Assembly (NCBI GenBank): GCA_963924565.1
Contig: OZ004608.1
Location: forward strand, 29,884,001-29,948,000
DNA: 64,000 nt
Reading direction: 5' to 3'
From: Ascidiella aspersa
Taxonomy: Eukaryota
The notes below the pieces were generated by a model that worked only from the letters and a program-made list of their open reading frames with translations, was not told where the DNA came from and ran no database searches. Positions 13,320-27,220 of this stretch are shown here, one piece after another. Every line of letters starts with the position of its first letter. Within the stretch, counting starts at the first letter, position 1. A program made the translations under genes and the position numbers.

Positions 13320-13601
13320 CAGTGTTTATCAACCTTTTATGGCTAGCGGCATCCCTCAGAAATTATAAAATAGATTGCGGCACACCTACAAGACTTTTCC
13401 GTAGGTAATTCACCAGAATGTCACAATAAACGGAACTGGAACAACACACATCATCTCTACACAACGTATAGGAAGTTATAATTGGATTGATTTCAATCTA
13501 ATCGTTACAAAAAAGTTGCAAGAGTTAAGCAAAAATCAGATTCTTAAAGATTCTCAAAAACCCTTGAGCATTAGAAATGGAACCCCAGTTGAGAACCACT
13601 G
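13320..13601. mobile_element. Non-autonomous hAT element
   Basis: TIRs cagtgtttatcaac / gttgagaaccactg; perfect 8-bp TSD gccttaca (13312-13319, 13602-13609). Confidence 0.85.
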
Positions 13602-16600
13602 GCCTTACATGTAGCTGTTTGCAGGCGGCCTTAACGGTTGTATATAAACTCAATTCGACTTTGTGCCCAGGACAGGAAGTCATACTGGTCCGCCTATCTC
13701 CCGCTCTGATCTGCACCTTAGGCCAGGCATAGGGATCACCACAGGGCGGGCGGCAATGCCTTAAGAACTTGGGCAAGTCGATCGGAAAACGATCGATTCC
13801 TGTGTCGCCTTTAAAAATAGCGCCCGACTAGCGAACCTGTTGTTTTTGTTGGGCGGGCGCTGACACTCTGCCAGAATTGCGCGAGCATTTAAACGCATGT
13901 CGCTTTGTCGTCAAGTCCTCGCCTTCGGTTCTTGCGTTGAGCTGCTCCACTGCGGAAGCAATATGCCGCTCGTGAGATGGTTGGACGACATGTGAACGAG
14001 CGCGCTTTCCACGTTTGACATATTTTGTAAAGGCATTCGAATGTTGCCACTCAATCGAATTAAGAACTTAAACATAGCCTGGAGTAGACAATGCAAGCTT
14101 GTACCTTTGGCTAAAAAAATCTGGCATTTTAGTGTATTTCAAATAATATTTTAGCTACAGAATTGAAATCTTCCATTCTGATAAAGAAATCTATATATGG
14201 TTGAACAACGGAATGACAATGAAAAAACTTTGTCATTTTTTAACGTTACAAACATCTGCAATAAATCTTATCATATCTATGAGGCAAAAAATAGCCAAAA
14301 TTAATATTGTACTGATGTTAATATGAAATTAGGAAAATGTCTTTACTTGTTGGTTTGGCTTACTTTAGGTTTGCAAATCATCGTTTTGATTAACTGTGTT
14401 TTATTTCATTTGGTATCATACAAAAAATAAGTGAATGTTATAAAGTTAAAAACAAAACAAAAAAATGTAATGTTGCCGAGACGCGTTGCTCGGGACATGG
14501 TGTACCAAAGCAAGCTGCGCACTTACCCAGGAGAAGGCTTTCTTCTAGTATATAGGGTTAACTGTACCGTACTTTCTGGCCCTTGAAACTTTTAACGCTG
14601 CTGGCAAACGGTGTTTCTTCAAATTCGCAGCATCAAGATACCCCGAATACGGTTTACCACCTTACCCGCAAAGTTATGTATTTTCCTCTAATAAATCCCT
14701 TATAAATTTGTTTCGTCAGACAGGGTGCTCAAAATCGTGTCCCGTCAATTGGTGGCCTTAATGAAATAAAGGGAAGAGCATTTTGACCGGTGTACGGCTA
14801 GGGAGCGGAAAATAGACGAATCACCGTGTTACCTTGTCGGAGATTCAACGTTATATTCGTTAAAACTAATTGCATGATTTACGTTATGAGTCTGTACGTA
14901 GACACTCCTTTTTGTTGAGCCCTATGTACAGTGTAATTTCTTCACCTTGAAGCTGCTAGCCGAACGGGGTAAATACGTTTATTTTGCCACGTTGCATTTT
15001 CCAAATAAAATAAAAGCACTGGACAAAATTCTACTTAACTTTTTACCATCGGGATTGACCTTCAAACTGCAGTTCTAAACAGAGCTCTTTCCGAAGCTTG
15101 TTGTTTCAAGCCATACTCGCTTTCTTAAAAAGATCATAAAAATTCCCCGCAACTTAAAAGCAAAGAATTTCGCGGGGCGCAGAAGCGCGCAGCCGCCGAC
15201 CAGCCAAGAGCGCGCTTGTGAATCGTGGCCTAATCTAATTGGTCAATTAACTCAAGCGGGCCGACAACGGCTAGGCCCGGGCGCTGTGCGTCGATTCCCG
15301 GCGGAGCGTTTGGGCGTCTCGGGGCGCGTCGACCTTTTAGCTGATCAAAAGATTAAATGCGGATTACGAACCGCGGTGGAAGGAATACGCGACCGCGATA
15401 TAGCAGGGCTATAGAGGAAAAGCCTCGGGCCCCAGGGCCTTTACATGCAACTTTTTGCTGACAAGGCAGGACTACTTTGGTTTGCCGCTTTAACCTGCAA
15501 TAACCAAGTAAAATTTCAAATCATGTTAGATAGTATTCTGTTTTTTTTAATACAGTTGTTTTAGATCTTTCTTATAACCGTTGTGGTTCTGTTTGGATCT
15601 TACGATATAGATAAAAGATCAACAACTAGAAGTGTTGGAACAGCCATAGATCAAATATAAGCCATAAAAAATAATAACAATATCTTATTTTATCAACATA
15701 AAACATAAGACAAATTAAAACGTAAGATCGGACGTTGATCTGTATTTTACTACGTTATCTTTCAGTTGCAATTTTTATTTCTTACGTCACAAACATCGGA
15801 GTAGTCATTAAAGCAAAAAGCTCTTGTCAATCAAGGTTTTGGATTCCATAAAGACCTAATCTTTTATTTCTAAAACAAAGGCCAGTATCTTTGAAAGCCA
15901 ATACCAACCAAACAATACTGCTTTGGGGTTGCGTAACTTGACAACACCTTTTAGGTGCTTGTTGAAACGATGGCGAAAAAGCGGCCACAAAAGAGTGCCG
16001 GCCGGTTTGCAAAGCGGCCGCGAAACCTGGCCGTCGAGTTGGCTCATCTCGGCCCCGAGATTCCTGGAAAGATGCGCACACTTATTTGCAATTGCAATTA
16101 GACGGCGGCCGACTCTTGCTCGCTGCCTCCACAACCTCGCTAAGGTTTGCACTTCTCGCCAAGTCCCGATCGTTACGTCATCAAGCCAAAACGTCAGTCG
16201 GGAGCGAGCGGTCGCGGTTCTGGCGCTCTATATCTGCTGCGATGCTTGTCACAATATTCGTCGCGTTTTACATTAACTGACTGCCCGGCGGTTGATTTTT
16301 ACACTTTGTTATTCAGTTATGCCGCTGTATTTGTCTAAAGCCGCAAGAAACGTTTCGAGCATTCCTATCCCCAAAAGAGCGCTGTCGGAGTTTGCAGATT
16401 TCCCTAAATTATTCGTCCAAAAAAACAAAACTAACTCACGTGGGCCTATTTGCGAATTAAAAACGCACGGAGCCAAAAGTTGTCACAATCGCAGAAATAG
16501 TGATGCAACTTGAATACTTGTAGTTGCTATTTACGTTCAAGGGCTAAACTTTCCCGCGGCATTGTGGCCTTGCGACCAAAACAGCACGGAAGCCATTTGT

Positions 16601-19276
16601 TTTACAAACTATTGGGAAAATGTATTATACCTACGTGGAAATTTCGACAGGTGATGCCTTATGGTCGTTGCATTTTTAGAAGAAGAAAAATTCGATAATT
16701 GAACAACGTTGACTGAACGCGCTTCTTTTTCATCGGTGTGGTTGTATTTGATTTGAACCTTTCCGCCGTTCACGCAACGATATATTTAAAGAAGGGAATG
16801 ATGTTGTTTGGTTTTACCATTTCTTCTGAAATCAATTACACAAAAAATCAAAGAGGATATTAAAATAACAAAGCGACACGTTACGGTACGAATTTCAAAG
16901 CGTACACGAAATACATAAAAGCGGTCCGGGCCGTAATTTGTTTTCGGCTAAGCGCGCTTTTTACGAAGAGCCAAACAGTGAAATTTGATGACATCCGACC
17001 TTCGCGGTTTTGTCGCATTAAAAGTGCCCCGACTTCCGTTTATCTAAGGCCTCGCCGCAGATTAGACGCGGTTTAAACGGCGAAATGTATTCGGTGCTCT
17101 TTGAAGTGGCCGTTAAGGCGGGCAAATCGCATCCTGACGCGAATGTATTTTTGGATATCCAGCCTGAGTAAATTACCGATGTGAGAATTAAAAGGGTCAA
17201 CCCCAGTCTTAAAATCCTTGTTCCATGCTGATCAAGCCGTTTCTCGCCCGTATGCACTGTCATGTATTGTGGATCCGACATATTTCGGACAGCCGCCGGC
17301 GTTATAACTGTGCTTTTACGGTGCTGCTTGCAATCCTGTTTCGGGTGCTGCGGGCCTTGCTGAACTGACCAATCAGCGAAGTGGTGTCGCCTGCGCACCG
17401 GCATAAAAATAGAGCAAAGGTATCACCTAAGGCTGGGCGCTAAAAACGATACGCAAAGAGCTGACAACACTTAGTGAAACGCTAAAAAAATCGGCCGGGT
17501 TTCAAGGCTCGTTTTCCCGCGGGCTTGCGCTGATTTTTTTCCTGAAGTACCAACAAGCCGCTAATCGTAGCGTTGCAATGCCTTTTACGCATTGCGCTAG
17601 TCTGCTATGAGACCCGCCGATAGTCGTGCTGATTGAAAACCTGATGCAAATTCAATTGCGTAGCAGTTAATTGCGTTTATGTCGGTTTTGCTGTCCATGT
17701 CTATGTTTTTTGTCCATCATGATGTATCGCGGTTTAGCAGTGAATTACATTTTGTTTACTGCTACTTCCAGACTGCGGGAAAAATACAACAGCCAGCGTC
17801 TAATTTAAAAAAATGTTTTATTTTTCTTAAAAAAAAAAATTATGTGAAATTGGGCTAGTATAAATTGGCAAATGATGGAAGAAAAACATTGACCCCAATT
17901 GTACAACATTTCAAGTGCATTTTGCTCACATCTGTATACAAAATGTTATCTCTTTGGACTAAACGTTGTTAGTCTTGTGTCAGCAGCTTGCAACGCTTTT
18001 TTCCCGAGGCATGCCGTACATCAATTTCGGCCATTTCTCATCGAGCAAGCCGTTGAGGTTAGACGGTAATTTTTTTTACTAATCCCGGCCGGTCTGTGTC
18101 GAACACAGATTGGCTCAAGCGCCGATAAACACAAATAAATCAACTCGGTAACGTAATCCCAATGTTTTCCTCGCCTGTTGCGAGTTGACTGGCTGTTCTG
18201 TGTCTTGGTTTTTAAGCGGGTAAAGGTTATTTTTTGTGGGAGAACGCGTTTTATGTTTGCCCGCCGAACACAGCCCTGGTATGCGAGGAATTTTGAAACA
18301 AGTGTGTAATATTTATTCCTTTGGGCAGCAGTATACTCTAGCAAGGCTAGCTGTTGAGATCAATCACTAAAATTGCTAGCTTTGCTAGAGTATTGTGCTG
18401 TTACTGAACAGGAATTAAGGTCGACATTTATGTTACAAGGGTCGAGGTAATTTTAATTATCACATATTCAGTGCTACATTATTCATGTGGATTTTTATTG
18501 ATTGATGGACGCCTTTAAAACTGATGCGAACATTTTTTTATCGTGATTATTTAATTTTAATTCCTTTAAAGGATTTTAATTATTCCATCTGCTATATAGT
18601 AAAACAATCGAACCGTGAAACTGTGGTTGAGAATTTTTCAATAAAAAGGTACTGTCAAAAAACTGTGACGAACTCAAAGCAGCGTAAATTTTTGATAACT
18701 CTTTTTCAATTTCTCTGGCTTAAAAAATCTGAATCGGGTGCCTTAGTCACAAGTAATCGGCTCAAAATTGCCGAGCGCGACATTTCTGTCGCTGATCGCG
18801 CGTCGCAAGCCGCCTCGACGGAAAGGGAGGGCCTTTTATTGATGTCGCTGCGACGACAGCAGTTCTCGCGACACGCGCGCTCTCATTGTGAACAAGCGGG
18901 CAAGTACACCAGGGGCCCGATTAGGTTATCCGATCGTCGTTAAGCGGCGCACTTACGGCCGGGCATCCGGCGTTCCTACGCAAGCGCCACTCCAACCGGG
19001 GTTTCGAGTTTTGATGTCCACTCGTGAGGGGCATTGTCAAGGCGCCGCCGATTTTTTATTGCCCCTGATCTTTGGCTGGCAAACAGCTGCCGGCCCTTTG
19101 TCCGCGGCTCGAGTACGCCTTTGCCCGATTCCCGATTGCCCGCGCGCCATTAGCGGCCCATGCGCAGCGCCAATTTGTGTTGGGTGTCAAATCAATTACA
19201 CACAGCACTTTTGGGCGCGATTGACACGGGGAATGGAATGTACCTCTTCCGTCGCTCATGCCGCTCGTGTGTCTCT

Positions 19277-19745
19277 TTTTCGCTGGTTAAGGGCAGGTTT
19301 TGGGACGGCGAGATTATCTTTGTAGCAAGTTTGAAAACTTTACAGCCTGATGGAGTGATGGTTTTTCTTGCACTACAATTCTGATTACAGGTCAACTAAT
19401 TTCAATAATAACCTTTAGAAGGCATCCTTATATTATTATGAGTATGTTGCATTCGTTGTCTTCTTTTCGCTGGTTAAGGGCAGGTTTGTGCGGTTCGAAA
19501 TCCGGCGACATTATCTTTGGAACAATTTTAAAAAGCTAATTTTTTTAATCCTCATGGTCTTGCTTACACTACAATCCTGATTAGGCCAACTGACTTCGGT
19601 AATAGCCTTTTTGAAGGCATCCGTTATATTATTATGAGTATGTGACATTCGTTGTTTTCTTTTCGCTGGTTAAGGGTAGGTTCGGGCATTTTGATATCCG
19701 GCAAGATTATCTTTGGAGTAAAATTTTTTAGGCCTGATGGCCTTG
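19277..19745. repeat. Tandem repeat, about 2.5 copies of a ~190-bp unit
   Basis: cgctggttaaggg.aggttt at 19281, 19468 and 19664; gaaggcatcc.ttatattattatgagtatgt twice. Confidence 0.9.
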
Positions 19746-22700
19746 AATGTCGAAAATAGAAAAAACGATTTCAACGAATTCCGCTGCACAAAAACGTTGC
19801 CACCGAAATTTTACCTGTAAAATCTAGCCGACACCATTTCTAGCTTTGTTTTTGCACCTTGTTCGAACTCTAAATATTTGCAATTTTCAAGAGTCTATCA
19901 AAACGTGATATCTCAGGCACTAAACTGTTTAGAACAAGCCTATTCGCCCACACGAAAAACTCAACAAGTAGCGTGATGTGATCAACAAACACCTGATTGG
20001 GAGCTCATCGTGATCGCGTCGTTACGTAACATGTGGAAATAAATAAGAACTTTTTTAGTAAAAGGCGAACGATTTACACGTTGTGAAATGAGAACTTGCC
20101 GATATTACGCAACCTCAAACGACATGAAACGCTTAAAAAATGGAGCGGCGGGTATGAGTGGCGGTTTTAGTCGGCTCGCACACAAAAAAACTCGCCGCCG
20201 CCGCGCAGCGAAAAAGAACAAGCGGCGCTGCAAATGCGGGCCAGAAAAAAGCATCTACGACGGCCGAGCTCGATGCTTGTGCGTCTCTCTCTCTCGCGCG
20301 CCTCTCTCTACACCCATATGTGTATTGCTCCGCCCGTTTTACCCTGCAGTTGGCCGCCGGCGGGTGCGGCGTACGCAGGCCGCTCTTGAACCTTACTCGC
20401 TCGCCTGGGTGGAAACGCTGAGCTTGGTTTGGCCGCGGAATCCCGGGGAAGGTCGACGTTAGTTGGCAGCGCGTTCGGGCCGCAGCGGCGCGTTTGTTTT
20501 TGGCAAAAGCGCCCGCTGGCTGCTGGCCCTTTCGGTTTTGAGGTTTTCCGAATGGGCAGTCCAAGTGTTATTTGACTGATGTGCGTGTAATTGCGCGTTT
20601 GCGCTTGGCGTGGCGAGCTTAAAGAAACAAGGCAATATTTGTCGTTGGAAAGTGTCTTTTTTTCAGTCGTGTTGCGTATATTTTCTTTTGGAAATTATGC
20701 AGTCGTACTGCATATACAAGAGCAAAATCTTGTATTTTGTTGCTTAAATTACATTTTTGTCAATTAAACGTATACAGGATTTGCAGCCAACAGTTTATAA
20801 GTTTATTGCTGCTAGAAATGCTTTACAAATGAAATTAGTTACAGAAGGACTTGTAGGCGGTAGTTGATAAGCTGGTCAAGTGCTTTTTTGGTCAATTAAC
20901 TTAAAGCTGGACTTGGGTGGTAGTCTACAGTGTCTACACGATGTTTGTTTTCATCTTAGCAAAAGCAACGTTGCCGACCTAGCGATTCGGCGATAAGCGT
21001 CTTAAGCCAATGCACGCGCTTTTGGGCTCACATCCAAAATGGCGGCGCAACTCCTACGGTCCTGTTCTTAAGCTAGTTTATTTATTTTAAACACTGTTTC
21101 TGTAAACAAAAATGCGAGCGTTTCTGTAAACAAGAAAGTCAGCGGTTTGTTTCAATTGAACTTTTAGATACTTTTAGACACGATAAAGTTACAAAGTTAA
21201 GTTCCGAAAAAAAATTGATAACAACTTTGTTATGTCTTGACATCACCAGCGACTAAAAAGACAAGGTTGAAAGCTCGCCGGCCTAGAGTTACAGTTACTG
21301 AGTAGCAGCGCATTTTGCTTTTTGCAGCAACAACCGCGGCCGAGCAAGAAATACACGACAGAGTGCGTGGTTTGTTGTAGAGGGGCGCACGCGGTCGCCT
21401 GCGCGTTTTGTTTGTCGAAGGGCGCGCGCGCTATAGTCACTGGCCACGGTCCAATGTCAACTGTGTCGCGGACTCGAATCTCTCTCTCTCTCTGTGAGAA
21501 CTTACCGCTGCCGGTTCGACCTCTCTGTCTCTGTGTGGCTTCGAATGTGTGCCGCATTGGTTCACCGCCACTAAACTACATGGACATTGGACGTAGGTTT
21601 TTCCGGCGGTGCGGACGGCATGCTTTCCTTCACGGGAGTGCAAATTTTTAACTGGTGAAAACTTAAAAAGTGCCACGGTTTGCTTATTTGTTCGCGCAAC
21701 GCGTTTTTGCCTGTACCCTGCCGCTCTCCCCGCATTTTCACTAATTAAAACCGAGATTTATCCCCCGAAGGCTGCGTGCGATTAATTTTTTTAAGATATA
21801 CAGAAATGCTTTCATGCCGCGTTTAGATCGCCATTTTACGATGTTTGTAGTACATTGCTGCACATTTCTGCCATAGCATCATTTAACAAATTAATTTACT
21901 GTTTCAAATATAAAAATATAAAATTAACTTCCCAATGATTTTGTTTGTTTTGTTGAATTGCAAAACAACTTGCATTTAAACTTGAAAAAAAAACTGTTTG
22001 CATGATCCAATGAAAAACTGCAATAGTCAAATATTGTCCATGAATTCGTCAATTTAAAACGATAATTTTTTGTTTTAAATTTAGCAACTACCCGCGGTTT
22101 GATACTGATTGGCCCCCGGCCACACAGTTTTCTTTTAAAAGCAACTCCAAAAACTCAACTGCTATCTTTAAAGTATCTTGCCAAACCAAACCCCTCTTTT
22201 ACGACAATCAATATCTACTTCCAAAAGAAGTGCTTTCCTGTCCAAACTGAGAAATATCCTCCTTCAAGTGCCCGCAGTAGTTGCATGCAAATTTTGCCAC
22301 AAAGAGCTGTTGACTGTGCTCTCTAAAGCAACACAAAATGGACCGAGTTTCAGACAAAATGTCTGGTCAAATCCGGAGTTGTCAGAAATGTATGGGCGGC
22401 AAAAATACGTTTTCGCTTACAGTTGTCGCAAAACAACCGCACTTATCCTGCTGTCACGCTCCGGTGAGCACAGCCCGCTTTTGCTAGTTCACGTCTATGG
22501 TTTTTAACTTTAGCGGAATTTAAACAAAAACACAATTCGGTAGAAGTTTATGCGGTCAGTCGTTGTATAAACCGTTTTTTCCTAGTAGTTGTTATGGTTG
22601 TTTTTTTATCGAGTGTTTTAAATGCTACCTTAACTGCTCTAAAACATATTCAATGCTAAATGAAGGGCAGTACAATAAAATCAATACTATTTTTAACTGC

Positions 22701-25700
22701 CGGGTTAATTTAACTGCAATTTCAAGTCAATGATTATAGTAGAAACGGTTTTTGATTAAAGTCTGTGCATTTGTAACCAGCGCTTTGCCTGGTGTTTTTG
22801 AATTCACCTGTTGCAACTGTTCCCAAAGATATCGGCGAAAAATGCTGGCAAATTTGTCAACGATGCCCGGCTAGTTGTCCCGTGCATTTGCCCGAATTGC
22901 GCGGCGTACACGTTCGCCGTTCCCGTCGAGTGATTTCGCTATCGATCCGAAACTTGTTGCCGGTTGAATTGTTAAGCGTTAATAGAACGGTTTGAGCGCT
23001 GTGTAAGAGCCAAGTGCGTATTGGCAAGTTCGCCGCTTTTGAAGTGATTTAGAACTGTGCTGAGCCGACTACAGAAACTTGTGTTACATAACTGCAATTC
23101 GAATTATTGAAAGCAAATAATTTTATTTATTTACTTGTTTAGCATATTTCAAGTGAATATATGTCTGATAACTGAAAGAAAGCCTTCGGAAATTGGATTA
23201 TAATTAGTTTTGGCCTGAATGGATAAACGGCATTCTTCCGCCGCCATTTTTCGGTTTCTGCAAGTTAATTTAAGCGCCTTGTCTACCTTTATTGGACTCC
23301 CACAATACAAACAAAACCGAGTAGGGCAATTTGTCGTAAAACTAGGGAATGAAGTTACATGCAAGCAACAAGTGATACCCAACTTTGATATATCAATCCG
23401 TATTACGTCATAACCTGGCTCATAAAACGTCATTTTTATATTAAATTACCTACTCTCTAAGATTCTGCGTTTTAACAAGATTTTATGTTAATTAAAGTTT
23501 AAAAGCGTCATTTACAATCGCGTTGTCGTAAACTGTGTTTTGCATGTTCCTATAAATAATAACGTAAATACTTTTAAAGCCGATGTCAATTTGACAAAAT
23601 TAATTTTACATTAATGCGCGACCTCCGTGGCGACACCAAGCGTTAAACTTGTCGATGTCCTTTTTATATTCATTGCTCTTTCTGTGCGTAGATTGGCATT
23701 TTAACACGCCAAAACGAATGTTTACTTGACTGACTCGATGGCGTGTCGTTGGACCGGTTTTCGAATCGCAGTGTGTGGCAGTGCTGACAGGAGTAGGCTG
23801 TGGCGTGCAACACTTCATTTTTGCACGTCTTGTAACTTTGGATGGGACGGTGTAATAGTGACCCTTTTGTAGTACGCCATAGTATAACAACATAAATGTT
23901 TGCTTAAAACTTGTTAAGTTCGTTGCTGAGTTACTCGTTTGGGACCTAACCTGATAATAAAACGCACCGAAAATTTGAGTCATGTTTCAATTTGTAACGG
24001 TTTGAGATCTTTATAAGATAATTTATTTCTACTCCAACAAAAATATACAAAACGAGTTGAAGTTTCATCTTAACTGAATATTAGTGTTTTCAAAAACAAA
24101 AATGAACTTTAAAACGCTACACAGGCCAGACTGATGGGTAAATATACAGACCCTAAAGGAAAGGACTATTTTTCGTAAAAAACACAAGGTGGACGCCCGG
24201 CAAAATTTTCTCGAAAATATTCTGCTACACCAGGAATTGCTAAACATTTTTTGAACGCGAAGCCTCTCATTTTGGGGGTTTGCGTTGGCCAGGGTCGGCA
24301 TGGAATGTTTACATTTGACATCATAAAACAACTAGAGCCAGCTGCTTTGGTCCAACAAATGTGAAACTGAAATAAAGTCTAAATACATTTTTTTCTACAC
24401 CAAGATTTTAATTAGTCCTTCATGCAGCCTCTAAAGCTATCACGTACCCCAAAGGGGTCCAATAACTCCTGTGCTATACAAAAGATGAGCGCCTTTCGCC
24501 TCTTGTGGGTGTCAAGGGCGAGTTTGAATTCCTAGCAAACCACGCAGTAATATTAACGCAGCAAGCCGTAGTGCACCGTCTCGCCTGTGCGCATCGTTTG
24601 AGACTACCACCCTCATTGCCGCGGGAAGCGTGCCGCTAATGACAGCAGACGTTAATTACAAGCTAATAATCATAAATCCATCATCGGCGGCACCCTGGAA
24701 GTTTTGTTTTGCCCTTTTTTTGCGTCTGGCGCGATCAAACATCAGTGCGCGTGCGCGGAAATGACGTATCACCAAAAACCCAAGATGTGGGCTAAGCCGT
24801 TGCCGGATCGCGCAAAATTTACTTTAAATTTAAATTCAGTGTCAACCACGATGCTTTGAAATAAAGTTTTTTCCCTTTTAAACCCTTGTGGTTGAATTTG
24901 AAATTTTCCACATAAATACTTACAAAAAGTTTTTGAGTGAAATCCTTAATATTTTCGACTCTTTCAATAGCAAGCAGAATACGTGCCATCCCCGGTCTGC
25001 TCATCTCAAAATTGTTGTCGGTGACTCGGCAGAAAAGTATTTTCGCAGAGGCGGTTTTGGTGCTGCTGATTATATTTGCGTTGTTTACCTTTTTCGCGAT
25101 GGGACCGGGTCGATTTCGATTGCGACTTGGAATTGTTTTCGACATTAAAGTGCGCGTGACACAATTAGGCTGTGTTGGTTCGTCCGTGTGCAGACCCGAC
25201 CACTTCGCAGTCAAAATGAGGTTTATTTTAAGCCTTTCTGGCGGCCCTTGGAATGCGCGGATTAATGGGATAAAAGTATTAATCGCAAATGCGACAAATA
25301 ACAGACACGATTAAAAACGGAAACGTCGAACAACTGAAAACCGTCAAATAGCAATTAACGAACAAAAATAAAGGCGGTCATTCGCCAGGTCGTTTAAGTC
25401 GGAAACGTTTTAAAACGAAAACGTGTGATAATAAAACTATCAATCACGAAGCAACTATTTTGTTAAAGTGTTAGGCGTTTTTGTTTTTTTAAACTCTAAT
25501 TTTGGCTTTTTAAAATATTAATCTCTTTCACATCTTTGTTATGTACGTTATAATTGGTGGGCTCTTGCTTTTTTCACGTATGGTTGGCACGCAATCGAAA
25601 CGTCTTGGTTATACTTTTACTCTATGACTTGTATGAGAAAACAAAACACCACCTTAAAAAATATTCATGGAAACCTCGTCCGATGGCTGTGTGCACAGTG

Positions 25701-26879
25701 GTTATGCAAGAGTACATCCTACAGCTGCATATAGTACCAAAAGACTTTTGGCAACACTCAACTCAAGCAAGTGTAGCCCTTCACGGAGGTGTTTAAGCTA
25801 CGGGCCGCCCGGCGCATCCTGAAAGCGGTCCATTTGTCCCCCAAGCGACCCCAAGTTACGAAACAAATCAATGTCGTGTATAGACTGTATAGTTTTTGGC
25901 AGCCTTTCTTTGACTGCGACAGAAGCCTAGCAGACAGACGTCAAATCTGCTCGTCTCGAATGTAGTCCAAGTTCCCGTTTCTGAGACAGTTTTGTTTTTA
26001 GTTCAAGGCGGCGAAGGCGACCTTCCTCGACCGCCTTGTTTCGTTAGGACCGGTTTGAACCGGTTTCAACCTGCCCGCATTCGCGTCAGTTGTAATCTTC
26101 GTCTGAAACAATATTTCGCCAGCGCTTATCTCGGTTTTACATCGTTTTTACGCGCGGCAACTTTCTTTATTGCCTTAAGCAAGCGTTCCTTTAAGTAGAT
26201 TTACGTCCACCATTTTGCAGCGACGGCGTTCGTCAACGCGGCCAAGGAAAATACAGGACGATTTGAGATTCGCCGCCGCTGCCACTGTTATAACGCGCAA
26301 ATGACGTTGATTTTAATGCCAGACTGGACCCTTGTAAAACAGTCAAAAGTCCAACGTTTTAGTGTACATTTTGAGAATTACGTCATTATAGAAGGAACGT
26401 GAAGGAGAAACCTCTTATTTCCCGCAATCACACTCTCGCAAAAACGTGAATTTAAGAAAGCAAAACTATACATTCAAGTCGTGAGAAAATAAATTCAAGT
26501 TGTTTACTATCAACTTAGTCTTAGAATATTTGCGAAGGAAGCGTTTATTCTGGTTAATGACGGTGTAATTATCTCCAAACGCAATACGCATACAGATTAA
26601 AAAAAAAACGTTCTCAGTGCTATGCTCTTTATGCAGCAATGAGCGTCCAAATTATGCAAAAAATAATACAAAAAAATGACATATGACGCATGGGCGGCAA
26701 AATCCGGGTCACGAACGCTTTTTCACGTGGCCGTCACGTTTTCCCGCGTCCGGACAAATCGTGCCCCCACCAACCCTCCCCTGCTACCGAAAAACGCAAT
26801 AAAGCCAAAGTCGTGCTTGAAGTTGAAGCTCGCCTCCGGTTCCAACATTTTTTTACCTTGATTTAAGATAATAGTTTAA

Positions 26880-27220
26880 CCTTAAAAAAAACAGCACTAA
26901 AACAGGCTAAACAAAAGTGGCTTTAAATTTGGTCAAGGTGCGGTAAAACGGATGCAAAAATATTTTTGGAGATGCCTGGACCAGTCGGTTGTTGTGGAAT
27001 TCAATTGAAAAGTTAGAAATACTTTAAAAAAAATTGTAGCCTTTTGTAAACTTTAGTATCCATTACAAGAAAGCTGGGTTCACCTAACTACAGGTCGCGA
27101 CCAGAAAATTTGACCTAAAACCGGCAATAAAACAGGCTAAACAAAGTGTCCTTAAAATTGGGTCAAGGTGCGATAAAATTAATGCAAGTATTTTCTGGGG
27201 GACGTCTGGGCCGATCGGTA
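26880..27220. repeat. Diverged duplication, 230-bp offset
   Basis: taaaacaggctaaacaaa...ggtcaaggtgcg.taaaa at 26898 and 27128. Confidence 0.85.
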
